Source: Marsupella aquatica (taxonomy: Eukaryota > Plantae > Marchantiophyta). Taken from it: a stretch of 64,000 bases of DNA. Shown here one piece after another: positions 38,001 to 50,685 of the stretch. The stretch covers positions 22,793,168 to 22,857,167 of the forward strand of contig OZ316892.1 in assembly GCA_973895155.1 (NCBI GenBank), read 5' to 3'. The position numbers and the translations under genes are program-made. Below the pieces are notes generated by a model. That model was not told where the DNA came from, made no database searches, and saw only the letters and a program-made list of their open reading frames with translations. The number at the start of each line of letters is the position of its first letter. The first letter of the stretch is position 1.

Positions 38001-41000
38001 CAATTTTGCATCCAATGACAACAAATACAGATAGCAAGAAACGTAAGCTCACCAAACTATTACTGAATGAAACATAAGCAAGCATCACTCGAGAATTTGT
38101 TTTTAATTTTTAATTTTAATTTTAATTTATCACTCGGAGAATATATGATTCTTCTAGCACATTCTAGCACTTATTGATGATGACGAGAGGATAAATAGTA
38201 CTTTCTATGATACTAAATGAGATCTTGGCTCTCCCCCCAACACACATACACAACACCGATCACACTGAAAAGCAGAACCGAAAAGGGATAATGTAGTCAA
38301 CATGTGGGTGGGGATTCCAAAACATTCTCCACATCTCCTGGGTATACAGAAACTCCATTATAAACCAATCACAGAAAGTTAAATCAAAGAATGGAGTACT
38401 AAATTCATTAGTACTAACGGAGTACTAATGGACCCAACAAGTACCCAATAATGTATTTTGCAGAATCAAATCAAAATTATTTATAATCAAATGATTACTA
38501 TAGAAGTACAAGTAATTTTAGTCTAGCCTAGGTGTGATACAAAAGTGGAAGCTAGAGTGCAAGCTCAATTCCACCTTTTCTAAACAAGGAGATGAAAGTC
38601 ATGTGATCCCCACATCTTTCATCTCTAGCCTCCAGGCCAGTTTTATTTGAAAAGAATCATATTCAAGCATTTGTTGAAGCATCTGATTCCCTAGGGTGAT
38701 TGCATTGCTTCAAAAGAGTCCTCACTGGGTCATATGCCTCTTCAATACAGAAAATATTGGGATCAGATATTATATTGAGAAGGCAAAAACGGTAGTCCTA
38801 CAAGCTGTCAATTTATATTTTCTCCATGAAAAAACTTCCAGGGGTATTGGAATGGTTTTAAAAAACCACATGATCCCTCAATATGCACAAAACATGCACT
38901 AACACATGATGTTATATGGGTCTAATCCTCCTTGTCCCAAACTACTAGATTGTGTTTTGGATCTTGTTACAAATAAACTAGTATGAAAGTCCAACAGCCA
39001 CCAATAACTGCTAATTCGAGTTGATGGAACTTCATCTTATCATTCAAAAAATCTCAGAAAGAACCAATGCCAGTCAACTTTTGATTTTCCTGACAAATTT
39101 TCTAATACTTTTTAGATATTTTCCATAGCTTCAATTTCCATTTTCAGCAACAGAAAAAACATATCCAACAGTGTTAAATAATTTTCCACCTTACAATGTC
39201 AGCAGAGCAAAAGCTTGGACAAGATGAATGGAAGCAAGCTTAACAATATGAATTTGCCTGGCATGAATCAATTGCAGTCAAACAAGTCAGTAAACCCACA
39301 TAGTCTAACTCCTTTCACCATGATAAGGAGCTATCCATCCCCAGGACCTACCACAAACAAGAGCTCATCAGAAGTTGAATCTCAGCATAGAACTTTGAGG
39401 CCGCACCAAAACTTACACGTTGTCCGGGCGGAAAGCTTTGTTGCATTAGGGGGCTGGGTTTTGCCAGTTATTCAGTGTCATGGCTTGGGAGATGAGGATG
39501 TGAGGGAGAATGTCTCATTCCATCCTGACTTCATCAAAGAAGCATGATAATTTAAGTACTGGAATGTAATCTTCATGTCTGTGCAGTTAACCTGCTCACC
39601 TGGCTTTTATATATTTTTACCAGATTATCAGATTTCTTCTTTTGGACCCCTCTTGTCCTGTTGTTCTTAAGTAGGCAGTAGCTGAAAATAGACATGAACT
39701 AAATCAGTTTGGCACGGATTCCTGAAACCCTCCTCTTCGGGACTAATAAATGCATAGATTCAGAGTTTTCTTTTGCCTCTCTGCACTGCAGGTTTAGATA
39801 GGACTAACTAGAAAGCTATTTATGTTGGCTGCTCCTCCTCACTCCCTCCCCTCCTCCTTGTCAGGGTGTCTTTATAAAACGGATGGTGGCAACACTTTGC
39901 ATTACAATTCTCATCTCCACCCTATGTTTATGATCTTTGGCCAAAGAAGCCACTTTGTGTGAAAGTTTACCATCTTCATCTAACTTGAAGTGGTCTAAAG
40001 AAGGGGAGTATATCTGAGTTTTTAGCCGGCACATTTATGATAGCTGATTTTCTGACACTGACTATACAATAGCCTTTAGAGCGCAACTCATGTAAAGGCC
40101 CCCTTAGTTCGAGCTGCATGTAGGGTATCCACGTTGCCTTTTTGGACTCGAACCTCGGGAGGTTGACTATCAAAAATCTTAAGAACCACGTGCAATCCAA
40201 AATATGTATTTTTCATTAAAAATTAGCTAAAAAAAATTTAAGCGTAGGAAGCAAAAGAAGGTATTATAAATCCAAATTCTAAAATATTCTCTAATATATG
40301 CCATTTATAAAGTAAAATAGGTCATTAATATTGAAAACAGAGAATACTTTCGGAATATTCCCATTATAAATTAGGTGTGTTTGTATTAGGCTAAGATCGC
40401 ACGTGGTACCCCAAAATATACACTAAATTAACCCCTCGAGACTCGAACACAAATGAAAGTATACAACTTAGGAAGGACATAGAGTAGATCTGTTTACACA
40501 ATCTCATGATGACACAAAATAAACTCTGGTTAACAAAATCAGTTCTGCTTTTGTTTGTGATCCTAGTCAAAATAATCATCATCCTGTTTCTGATTTTTAC
40601 ACTGATGATAAAGAAACAAAAGCCCAGATGGAAGGATACATTGTTCCTACTCATCCCCATGGAGTGGGTAAAGCAATAGTTACTTTTACACAAAAAAGAA
40701 AAATGAATTGGTCATGGATTGCCAGTTGACTACTTTCACGACCTTGGGGAGAAAGTAGTCAAGACGACATGTTAATAGTAATGGCATGACATCTTGACGT
40801 CTTGATGTCTTTCAGGTTCAAGGTTGTCAAGTCAATAAGTTACCAAGTAAACTGGTTTGATAATGTATTTGAGACCGGCTGCAAACGGCGAGGAGACCAT
40901 TTACAGGTCACATTTCAATAAAAAGTGAAAATAATATTATTTGAGTCAACTCAAATGTTTTGAGCGGGTCCATCCAAACTTATCCAATCCATCTGGGCTT

Positions 41001-41484
41001 CATAGACACAGCGGAGGTCCATCTTGTCTTTAGTTTTGATGATAAACATGAAAAAAACCAATTGGAAAATGATATATTTATTTAATATGCATTTGACAAA
41101 TTGTGATATGAAGCCCAGATTGACCTCTAGGTTTGTCAAAATTCTTCCGTGTATTTTTGCAATTCAGATGTACCAATTTTTGTTCACATTGTCATAAGGA
41201 ATTTTCCTAATTAGACCATCCTGATTGTATGGTTTTTATCTATGGTCCATGGGAACATCATTTTGAACTGTTTGGCAATCAAATACACATACTTAGTCAC
41301 TAAATTGATTCTTATAGATTCCATGGGAAAGTGGTTGCACAAGCCCTGTTGTTTTTCTAAAATTTTATCGTTAATTACATGTGCAAGGATTTTTTTGGGA
41401 CAGATTAAATTAAATTGATAAAATGATGGTCTATGGTACCTTCAAAGTCTCAAACCAAATCTTCCCGTTCTATTTACAAGAGTT

Positions 41485-42350
41485 TACCCACTTCTTGCAC
41501 ATGTGGGAAGCCTTGTGATGCCACAGGGGTCCATCTTCTTCGGTGCCATTTGGGAGGTGAAACCAGAGTTGTTCGTGATGCTATGAGAGATGCTATTGTT
41601 CAGGTTCTCTCTGGGTCTTTGGTACACGTGTGACGGGAAGCGATGCTCGAGTTACCTGGTCCTCCCCCATAGAGCTTGCGGGTTGATCTGACCATGGTCC
41701 GTGATGCTCAATGTACTATGGCGGATGTTGTGGTGGCAAACCCTTTGCGGCAGGACCTCATTGAGATAGCGTCAACAACTGTAGGGGCAGCAGCTTCCAA
41801 GGCGGCCTCGACAAAGGAGGCAAAATATGCTGCTCGACCCTCATCTGATACCTTTCTCCCCCTCGCTATTGAGATCTTTGGGCATCTTCATCATCAGCTT
41901 GATGGCCTTCTTCGACAGGCTGCTCGTGATATTCACGGACGGATGGGTTCCTCCGGACCACCACTATCCATCTTGACCACACACTTTTGTCAGCGCATTT
42001 CAGTAGCCTTACAATGTGCCCAGGCTCGAGCCATTTATTGTCGATCCCTCACAGTGGGCACCACTATGCCCCCGTAGACACTAGCCCCCCTAGAGGACAT
42101 TCATGTCCCACTTGTTGATTTGGTTAGGACATTGGATGTCACCCATTAGCTCTTCTCACATATTCCAATGTGGAGACTAGTCATTGAGTTTGCTCTCATG
42201 TAATATTTGACATTTTTCTCTTTTTATTGGGCCTTTTTTTAGGTTTATATTTGCTTTTCTTTTTTCTGGTTAAGTGTTTGTTCTCTTTGGAATTATTTTT
42301 TCTTTCCTTCTATTATACTTTGTTTTTCCCTTATTCATAATTTTTTGTGC
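41485..42350 (+). mobile_element. CRE-clade non-LTR retrotransposon, 5'-truncated copy A (CCHC finger, restriction-like endonuclease, T-rich 3' UTR)
   Basis: One frame with three in-frame stops: CTCGKPCDATGVHLLRC (CCHC), RDAMRD, RVDL...ADVVV, KEAKY, FLPLAIEIFG, QRISVALQCAQARAI. This is the C-terminal signature of CRE/Cnl1/Zepp-type ORFs. The ORF ends at ~42149. Confidence 0.85.
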
Positions 42351-43094
42351 ACTTCATGCTAAAATTTAGAGGCATAAAATAAATCAAATCCTTAGATGTG
42401 CGGGATGATTGGAAACTATAAACTTTAATGAATTAAATTAAATGGAATTGTTCAATGCGGATGCCCCCTTTTCATTGTCGCCTGCAAAGAAACGCCTACA
42501 GCCATCTCTTTACTGGCAAAGAGTACTCCTTCTCTTGAGGAGAGAGCCTTATTAAAGACCTCACATTTCCTTTTTGTTCTGAGTCAGAAATAGATCTCCA
42601 GAATTCCGGACACCATTAGAAAATACTTCACACCTGACCCAAGATAAAGGCCCCTTATCTGGCCAGACTTTCTGGGGGCCACATCTTCCGTCGATTTCGA
42701 CTCTCAGTAATTGGCCCTCAAGTTTTACGACTGGGCATGCAACTCCTCCTTCAGGTACAGCCCAAAGTAATTCGCAATAAAGAGTGAGGGCTATTAAAAT
42801 CCTTATCCTGGACTGGGTTTTTCATTGCCTATACATCTCAACCGTTAACTCAGGTCAGGGATTATCAATGGTTAAGATGTCACCGCCACCATTAATGTTT
42901 TCCTGATGGAAATTCTCAGGTGTCCGAAATCGAATTAAATTGCCGTTTGTTGAGATGTTACTAAGTGAAATAATGTCGTTTTCCACCCGTGCTGTAAGAA
43001 GTCAGTCCTTTCTTATTATAGTTATTATTATATTATTAGTCAGATGCTCGTGGGTTCTGGGAGAGGTTTTGCTATGAATAAAATGTCCAACCGA

Positions 43095-43830
43095 CGGCAA
43101 GATCTTGAGGTGAGGGAAAACTATCAAGGCAAGAGCAAGATGTCGAGGCAAATATGTCCAACTTAGGGCAAGATGTTGAGGAGAGGCAAAGAGGAGCGAC
43201 AAAGATATCAAGGCAAGGGCAAGATGTTGAGGAGAGGCAAAGATATCCAGGCAAGGAAAAGATGTTGAGACGAAGGCAAGATATCAAGGTGAGGGATAGA
43301 TGTTGAGGTAAGGCAAAGACTTCAAAGCGAGGCAAAAGACAAATAAGTAGGGAGAAAGTTAATGTTCAAAAAATAAAGTAAATGAAACCAAAGCCAAAGA
43401 TAAACACAAAAGGCAAAGTGGGAGGAACCCAACATACCAAAAGGGAGTTAGAGTAGATTGTATTCAGAGCTATGGAGTTTTGCAGATCAAGGGTCACCAA
43501 AAAACTTATATTCCATCAAATGGTTGAGGTCAAATCTGGCCCATTCTTGCTTTTTTAAGCAAATGATGCCGAAATGGATGGGATCCCTCATTATATTGTG
43601 TGATAGCCCAATCCTTGTGGGTTACACAGAAGATTTCAAGGTGAGACAAGGATGTCAAGTCAAAGGAAAGATGTAAAAGGCAAGGTTCAAATGTTGAGGA
43701 GTGAGAAAATGTCAAGGCCGAGGAAAGACGTTGAGGCTAGACAAAGATGTTGAGGCGTGAGACAATGTCGAGGTCGAGGAAAGACGTTGAGGTTAGACAA
43801 AAATGTTGAGGCAAGATAACTATGTCGAGG
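43095..43830. repeat. Degenerate ~19-20-bp minisatellite (AAGATGTTGAGGCAAGGCA-like) in two blocks, 43095-43335 and 43630-43830
   Basis: Recurrent 'gatgttgagg', 'gatatcaagg' and 'atgtcgagg' at ~19-20-bp spacing. Confidence 0.85.
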
Positions 43831-43974
43831 AGTTTAAGTTTTTTGATAAATAAGTATTTTGTATGCACAACAAATAGGTTTTTCCAGCTATAAGTTTCCC
43901 ATATAGCAAAAGCTCTTGGCTGGCAAAAACATTATCCCCATTTTTCCCCCTATATCCATTACTCTCTTTGTAGT

Positions 43975-44260
43975 TTTTCCATTTCCTTAAGTTTATTTTA
44001 ATTTCCTTTTCCATTTATCTTTTCTCTCTATCTTGGGAAGCCAGCCCTCTCCCCTCTCCCTCCTTGTGGCCTTAAGTCTCCTTGAGTTTATTTTAATTTA
44101 CTTTTTCCATTTATCTCTTCTCGTTATCTTGGGAAGCCAGCCCTCCCCTCCTTGTGGCTTTAAGTCTCCTTAGCTTTATTTTACTTTCCTTTTTTCGATA
44201 TATTTTTTCTCTCGATCTTGGGAAGCCAGCCCTCTCCCTCCTTATGGCTTTAAGTCTCCA
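43975..44260. repeat. Three-copy ~90-bp tandem repeat
   Basis: 'atcttgggaagccagccctc' at ~44030, ~44127 and ~44216. Confidence 0.9.
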
Positions 44261-44799
44261 GGGAATATGCGAGGGAATATGGTATTCATGGGAGACTAAT
44301 AGATTTAATATATTCCATAATTGCCCTTCGCTAACAATTATTGTTGGAGAGGTACCATCATACAGGTGACATTGCTTGCACCTATTATTAATAAGTAGAA
44401 CAGGATCCTCCATAGTAGATTGTACTTAAAATTCACTTACACATACATAGCTTGCGCATTAGTGTAGGACCACTAAAGAACAATAAGGGGGGAGTCAAGA
44501 AAGTTTTCCGATCATCCGACGGTAATTAAAATCTGATTTTAAATGGACGACTAGGATTAGATCCGACCTTTTTTGGTTTTTGTATGCAGACCAAATCCAA
44601 AAAATGGTGAGATTCCATATTATAGATGTAGATATTGAATATGGCCTGGGAAAAGCTTGAATGGATCTTAAAGCTTGAATAGCAACTAGAATGGACCATT
44701 CCAGATTGACCATTTTGAAACGTTGGTCTGAACTGAAATAGTTTACTTTATTTGGTTAAATATACTAAAAGCTGAACGTGGTTGAGACCCTTTGCATGT

Positions 44800-45560
44800 T
44801 GGTGTCTGGTTGGCTTTCTTCAAAAGTTGGAAAAGAAGGATCGTTTTTTCTAGGAGGGGACAATGATCCTTTTGAGAAATCTTGGGGTAGAATATTTCAA
44901 CCAAAAAGAGATACAAGTAGTTGGCTTTTAGGGGGGTCTTTGAGTTTTCAATTTGACTTTAAGATCCGGGAACCGTAGTGTGCCCCTTCTTAAGAAAGGA
45001 ACCTGCCTTTGTGTACAAGTGATAGAATCAGATCAACAACCTCCTGTTGTATCCAATTGAAGTGGAGACCGTGGGCTATGAGCAAGAATGAAATACACGT
45101 TGGCTGTGGAGGGCTGTCCCTTTTCCAACTTTGTTTATGATTACCATAGTGTCATCCGGGGTGTCATCCCACTTAGAACAATAAGTAAATACTACGAGAA
45201 TGTTGTTCCCATAAACAAACTATTTCGGGGTCTTTCTCAAACCTTTCGCATGTTAGGTTTTAGCAAACTCTAAGCATCCTGGAGCACACTGATATTTTGG
45301 AGCATAGATTGTTTCTAAATTTTATAATTAAAGCAGGAATAAAATTCAGTCCTTGAGTTATTTTCTGACAGCATAGATTGTTTCTAAATTTTATAATTAA
45401 AGCAGGAATAAAATTCAGTCCTTGAGTTATTTTCTGACATGAAAATGAATTAATGTTTTGCACAGGGCCTATGCAATCGCAGATGGAATCCACAGTTCTA
45501 TTCTTTGCAGGGAAGGTTGTGTGCCTATGCTTTGGTAGAAACCCACTTTGCAATTGACAG
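44800..45560 (-). pseudogene. Possible L1 ORF1 remnant
   Basis: Minus-strand SIGYNRRLLI*FYHLYTKAGSFLRRG resembles a decayed zinc knuckle followed by a Lys/Pro-rich tail. Many stops. Confidence 0.3.
45301..45440. repeat. Exact ~69-bp tandem duplication
   Basis: 'agcatagattgtttctaaattttataattaaagcaggaataaaattcagtccttgagttattttctgac' twice. Confidence 0.95.
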
Positions 45561-48500
45561 ACTAGTTCAGGATCAAACGATCATGTTACATGGAAAATTC
45601 AATTTTCAAAACAGTCCATTTGAGACAACTTTCGACAATACCAGAGATTGCTTTCAGAATACTTCCTGAGAGTTACAATTGTCTCCCAATCTTTGGACTA
45701 TGGCTTGAGAAAATTAGTCTAAGTAGTGATAAGTCAGTGTTCAATGAGAGCTGCTCATAATCTTGATGAAAATAATCATGGAAAATGCTTTTGATGCTTT
45801 ATATTGACAGGCTCAAATTTTGCCACTAGCTTAGGGTCAAAGTGTAGGAAATAGCTTGACAAAAGAACTAAAGCCCTCCTGAAAACTCAAAGACCTGGTA
45901 GAGCTCCACCTGAATCCTCCTACTTCAAAATTCATGTTAGTATGTTAATGACCAAGTTGTTTTAGAGGGAAGTATGTCAGATTTGGGCAGCAAGGGGACT
46001 CCTAGGATTACACTTATATCAGAATTTGGATTGCAAGCAAGCTAAACGTGGAATGAGAGATGTATGGAGAAACCTGGAGGGCAAGATCACTCTGGGAATT
46101 AAAAGTACATCAGAACTTGGACTGCAAGTTAAATGTGAGAGAAATACAATCTGTCGTGACTAAGTCCAGGCTCCCCCAGAAGGCCCCACACTATGTTATA
46201 AAGTGCACGGAATATGTTTTGTGCACTTGTCCATGTGTAGTTGGTCGCGCTACCAAGTAAGTGCATGGGAAATTATTTATGGGCTAGCTTTCTCATATGT
46301 GTTTGCACACATCTGGCTCCTCATATCCTTAGCCCCATACTAAACTCAAAGGGGAGTAGTGCACAAATCTACTTTGTTGAATTGCCTAGTACACTTATCA
46401 ATAAATGCCTCTTATGTATGCATCACATTTAGTGATAAACACATGTGTAGATATACAATTCTTCATTTACACACAATGCATTTATCTGGTACATAATCGG
46501 AAGGAAAGCACTGTATTACTAGGGGCCTTCACTACAGGCCTGCAGTTAGCCACAAAGGCACAAACTGCACTTATATATGGTGCAGTTATTCACTGTAGAT
46601 TGTGGAGAATAATGGAGACAGGAGGTCTTCTCTACGAGGTAGTTGTGTAAATACAGAGAAGGGTGCAATTAAAGCGCTTACACTCAAACACAGGGACATC
46701 TGTCTTGCCTTATATTCGGCTTGCATGTTGGGTGCCTTCTCTATACGTGAGATTATTTTCTTTTTCCACGTTTTCTTAGTGGGGGACTTTTAATAGGTTC
46801 TCGTTCGTCGATGCCTCAAGGTTTTTCTTTAATTTTAATTCTGTATGCATGATTTTTATTTTATTTTAGTAATAGAAATTATTTTTTTGCAAACGACAGG
46901 ATGAAACTGGTTTCCTTTCCCACGTTTTCCTAGTGGGGACCTTTTATAGGTTTGATTTGTTTCGTACTTCACATTTTATTTTGTTGTTTTTCTGAAGGCA
47001 TGATCTTTATGTTTTTCTGAGTCAATAATGTAGTGCAAATGATAGGAGAAAAAATTGCACGGAGCAGAGAAGGAAAAGTAATTATACATTAAAATATGAC
47101 ATATACAATGTACAACATCCCTTCATATCATGATAATCCTCATTATTTTCTTTAAATCAATGAATGAACATAGTATATTATCACATTTTGATGTGTGATC
47201 ACCAGCTGGGTAAAGACCTCTGCTCCAAGAGACGGTAGGCACCAAGGCTCTTTTTACTTCCCAAAGTGAAACATTTCTGAAATGAGTAAAAAGGAAATCT
47301 GAGAGCCAAAAGTTATGTTTCAAACAAGGAACCCCCCAGAGTAAAGGAGCAAGAGTTTTGAATGCCAATAAACCTTTACTACAGTAGCTATCAATGTTTA
47401 CCCTTCATGACCTACTCCCCACAGGAAGGTGAGAAGAGTGTTGTGCACATAAATCTAGTACGCTTGCTTTCAAAGTTTACCCTTCATGATCTACTCTACA
47501 GAATGAAATCATAGGTTTCCATTGCTAAATAAAATATGAATTTGATATTTACACAATGTTTGTGAACAGAGATGTGCATGGGAATCTGGGTACACTGATC
47601 CTTTAGTGTGCATACACACAGGTATTCTGGTGAATACAAGTAAATACTCCAGGTCTTCAATAGCTATTTGTGAGCACCTCACCACATCTGTGTAGGGGTG
47701 GCCCCCAAAAAAACTTCAATGTAGGCTCAGCTGGATTCACGATTTTCAGGAAAGGAGCTTGCGCTAAGGACAAAACAAGACTAGTAGGCAAGTGTTGTTG
47801 CAGCTTTTGGGGAATGGGACCACATTTTCATTTCTCGAAACCAGACACCCCAAGAAAAGTTACGTTACTCCATGCATGCTGAATAGTCAAAGGTCTCCCC
47901 AGTTTCCTAGATTGTGTTCTTCTCTTTATCTACAGTACCTATCTAGGCTTTGGGGGTTTCAATAATAAATTAAATTCGAACGGAGCGGAACGACTAAAAT
48001 AGAAGAACGGGAGAGAATATAGAAAAAGCGTCTCCTAACATATTGCAGCAAGAAGAAGCTTAAAACGGGAATTTATATCACATGCCAAATAACACGAGCG
48101 CCAAAATGGGAGACAAGATCCAAAGGGAGGGGACCCAATAAAGAGGGAAAAGAAGGGAGACTAAAAAACTGTGGGTGGCGAATAAAACACCCAAACTAAG
48201 CGTGAATCGTTCATAGGTCATGTGTATCCAACGCCACCCCATTATGGAACATACCGGGAGTCGAGCCCCCTCACCACTAGGATTCATGGCTGCACTCCCC
48301 AGAAGGTGCTTACAGTATTGCTTCTGCTCATTTTTTATTGTTTTATTTCTTTTGGCCACAAGGTGCCTTGACTACTAACTCCCCTCAAGGGGCTGCTGTA
48401 GCTTTGCTTAATTTTTAATTGTTTGTGGTTGACAAGGTGCCTTGCCTATCGTTGCTACAGGATCATCTTTCCTCAAAGCATATATGATGACATGGATTCC

Positions 48501-49571
48501 ATTCACAGGCTGAAAAGAGGGAAAGTGCATCTGGACTGGGATTGGACGGGATAATTATACCCTCACGTGGGCTATTCTGTCGAGCTGTAAGATTTCAATG
48601 GAAAAGCATAGAATTGAAATTTCTAGGATACACCCGTCACCCCAATTAGTGGTAGTAATTTAGACGGTCAGTGAAGCCATGTTGGGATTGAATCAAGGAG
48701 CTCAGTGGTTGCACTCCATGCCCCGGCTCCTAGCGTCCAACTACATGCTTGCAGACAATGTTTAGGATGTAGTAACACATGGGGGTGTAAGTGTTGAGCC
48801 CAGGAAAACATTTCATGGGTGAATATTGTTTGCTGTAAAGTGATCCCCTTGACTATGTATGGGCTGAGAAGGGTTTTGTAAGGGCAGACCTTGGTTTGGG
48901 GCAGAGTGCTTGCATTGACATATAGAACTCTGACTCCCAAATAATCTTGCAGGCTGCAGCCTACGTATGCACCATTACAAAATGGAGAGTCCAATGTTGG
49001 ATTCAGTCTACTCGGGAGTAGGTTATCCAGCCTTGTTTCTTGGGCTGGGAAAATTTACAAGGGTTAGGGCAGGTTTGGGTCAAGAGTCCCCCCCATCTTG
49101 TCCATAGTCAAGTGCCCCTGATTTGGTTACCCAGCCAGGTTATTTGGGCTGGGAAACTTTACATGTCTGGGGTTAGAGCATCTCCAACGGTGCCCGTTTT
49201 TCTCCGGTAACCTCCAAAAGTTCTTATTTGGTGGTCCGGTATGGAGGTCACCCTCCCCACCGGTCCCCCGTATCTCCGTATTTGTGGCAGTCGACACCTC
49301 AAAGTGCGGAGCCTGGCCGCCACATTTCCCAAGTTTGGCGGTCGCGGACTGCAACCCCCATTGTGACCTCCATGAACATCTACGACAGAAAGCTATCCAC
49401 GTGTCGCGCAATCTGGGCACTGGCAAAAATTGTTACCCGACATGGCGCCATTTTTTAGACGTATGATTCTCCCGTAGGCGAATCACTCACGAACATCACG
49501 AGACCCTCGTGTTGTCTGTACTCTGCACAGTGAAATCCCACCGCTTCCCAATCGCATCGCACATTGCATCC

Positions 49572-50205
49572 ATGGCAGGAATCCATGGCAAAAATTACAC
49601 AGACGATGAGCTCAAACAGCTCTGCTACAGCGTCCTTCATGTATCGCAGGATCCTTGTGTAGGAAATGGGCAGAGAGCAGAAAAGTTTTGGGATCGAGTA
49701 ACAGATCACTACAAGAAGCACAAGCCGAAGGGGACTGAGGTCAGGGGCAAGAAATTGCTTGAGGGAAAATGGGCTGACATCAAGCACGATGTCTCCAAGT
49801 TCATTGGATGTTATCAACAAGTAGAGGGCAAACAGAGGTCAGGGACGAACGAGGCTGATACATTCCAATCAGCCAAGGAATTATATAAGGAGAATCACAA
49901 GAAGAAGCGTAATTTCACTTTCGATTCTTGCTATTGGATTCTCAAAGAGTGCCCCAGGTTGTGCAATCCAACTGACGACATGGTGAAGAGCAAGAAAAGA
50001 GTTGCACCCAAGGGAGTAGAAAAAAAGAGAAGGAAAACTCGAGCCCCACTCCAGAGGTGATCGAAACTGAGAGCGAAGGAAATGCTGACGACTCTGGCCA
50101 GTGGTCAGCAAGCAGGAAGAGACCAAAAGGGAACAAGATGGCAAAGGAAGAGTTGAAGAGAATCAAGCATCAAGAGGATGCTTTGAAGATGACAGCACTA
50201 GCTCA
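49572..50205 (+). pseudogene. Harbinger ORF1 (Myb/SANT-like plus NAM-associated region), frameshifted and truncated
   Basis: KNYTDDELKQLCYSVLHVSQDPCVGNGQRAEKFWDRV...KWADIKHDVSKFIGCY...FTFDSCYWILKECPR, then in a shifted frame RKRPKGNKMAKEE. The shift probably lies in the A-run near 50020. Confidence 0.88.
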
Positions 50206-50685
50206 AATGGTGGACTCTGCAATTCTACAATACTCATCCATTGCATGTGCCCCAACTCCATAAGCTAGTTGTCGTAATGCTGAAGTGATTTTTTGATGTG
50301 GAGACAAACCAGGTTTTCCTGCAGCATCACACTTCAATTGGAAGTATTTGTCGTGTGCACAAACATCAGACAGAATCTTATTGAACAAACGACTACTCAT
50401 CCTAAATCTCCTTCTAAATGTGAGCTCACCATACGTAGGATTCTCTGCAAAATAATCGTTCCACAAATCTACTGCACCTTTTCCTCTTTTCCTATCCACA
50501 TTCTTGCTCCTGCCTGGCCTAGATCCTCCATGCTTCCCTTTTGTTGGTCTTGTGAAGATGTTGGTGATGGCAAGTGGTCCAGTGTACATCATCATCTCCC
50601 AAAATTGCTCCTCTTCATCCCAATCTGCTTCATTGTCCTCCACCATTTTCTTAAAATCAAACCTCCATCTTTCTATGGCGTCCAT
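50203..50685 (-). pseudogene. Harbinger transposase, N-terminal part only (DDE core missing)
   Basis: LWNDYFAENPTYGELTFRRRFRMSSRLF...DAAGKPGLSPHQKITSALRQLAYGVGAHAMDEYCRIAEST is the hallmark plant PIF/Pong transposase N-terminus. It stops at the junction with ORF1. Confidence 0.93.

Larger units (their letters stand above)
42993..44441 (+). mobile_element. Large solo LTR (~1.45 kb) with internal tandem repeats
   Basis: Termini TGTAAG...CTTACA. Flanks CGTGC and CATAC differ only by two G>A transitions (decayed 5-bp TSD). TATA-like 'cctatat' near 43949. Confidence 0.65.
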
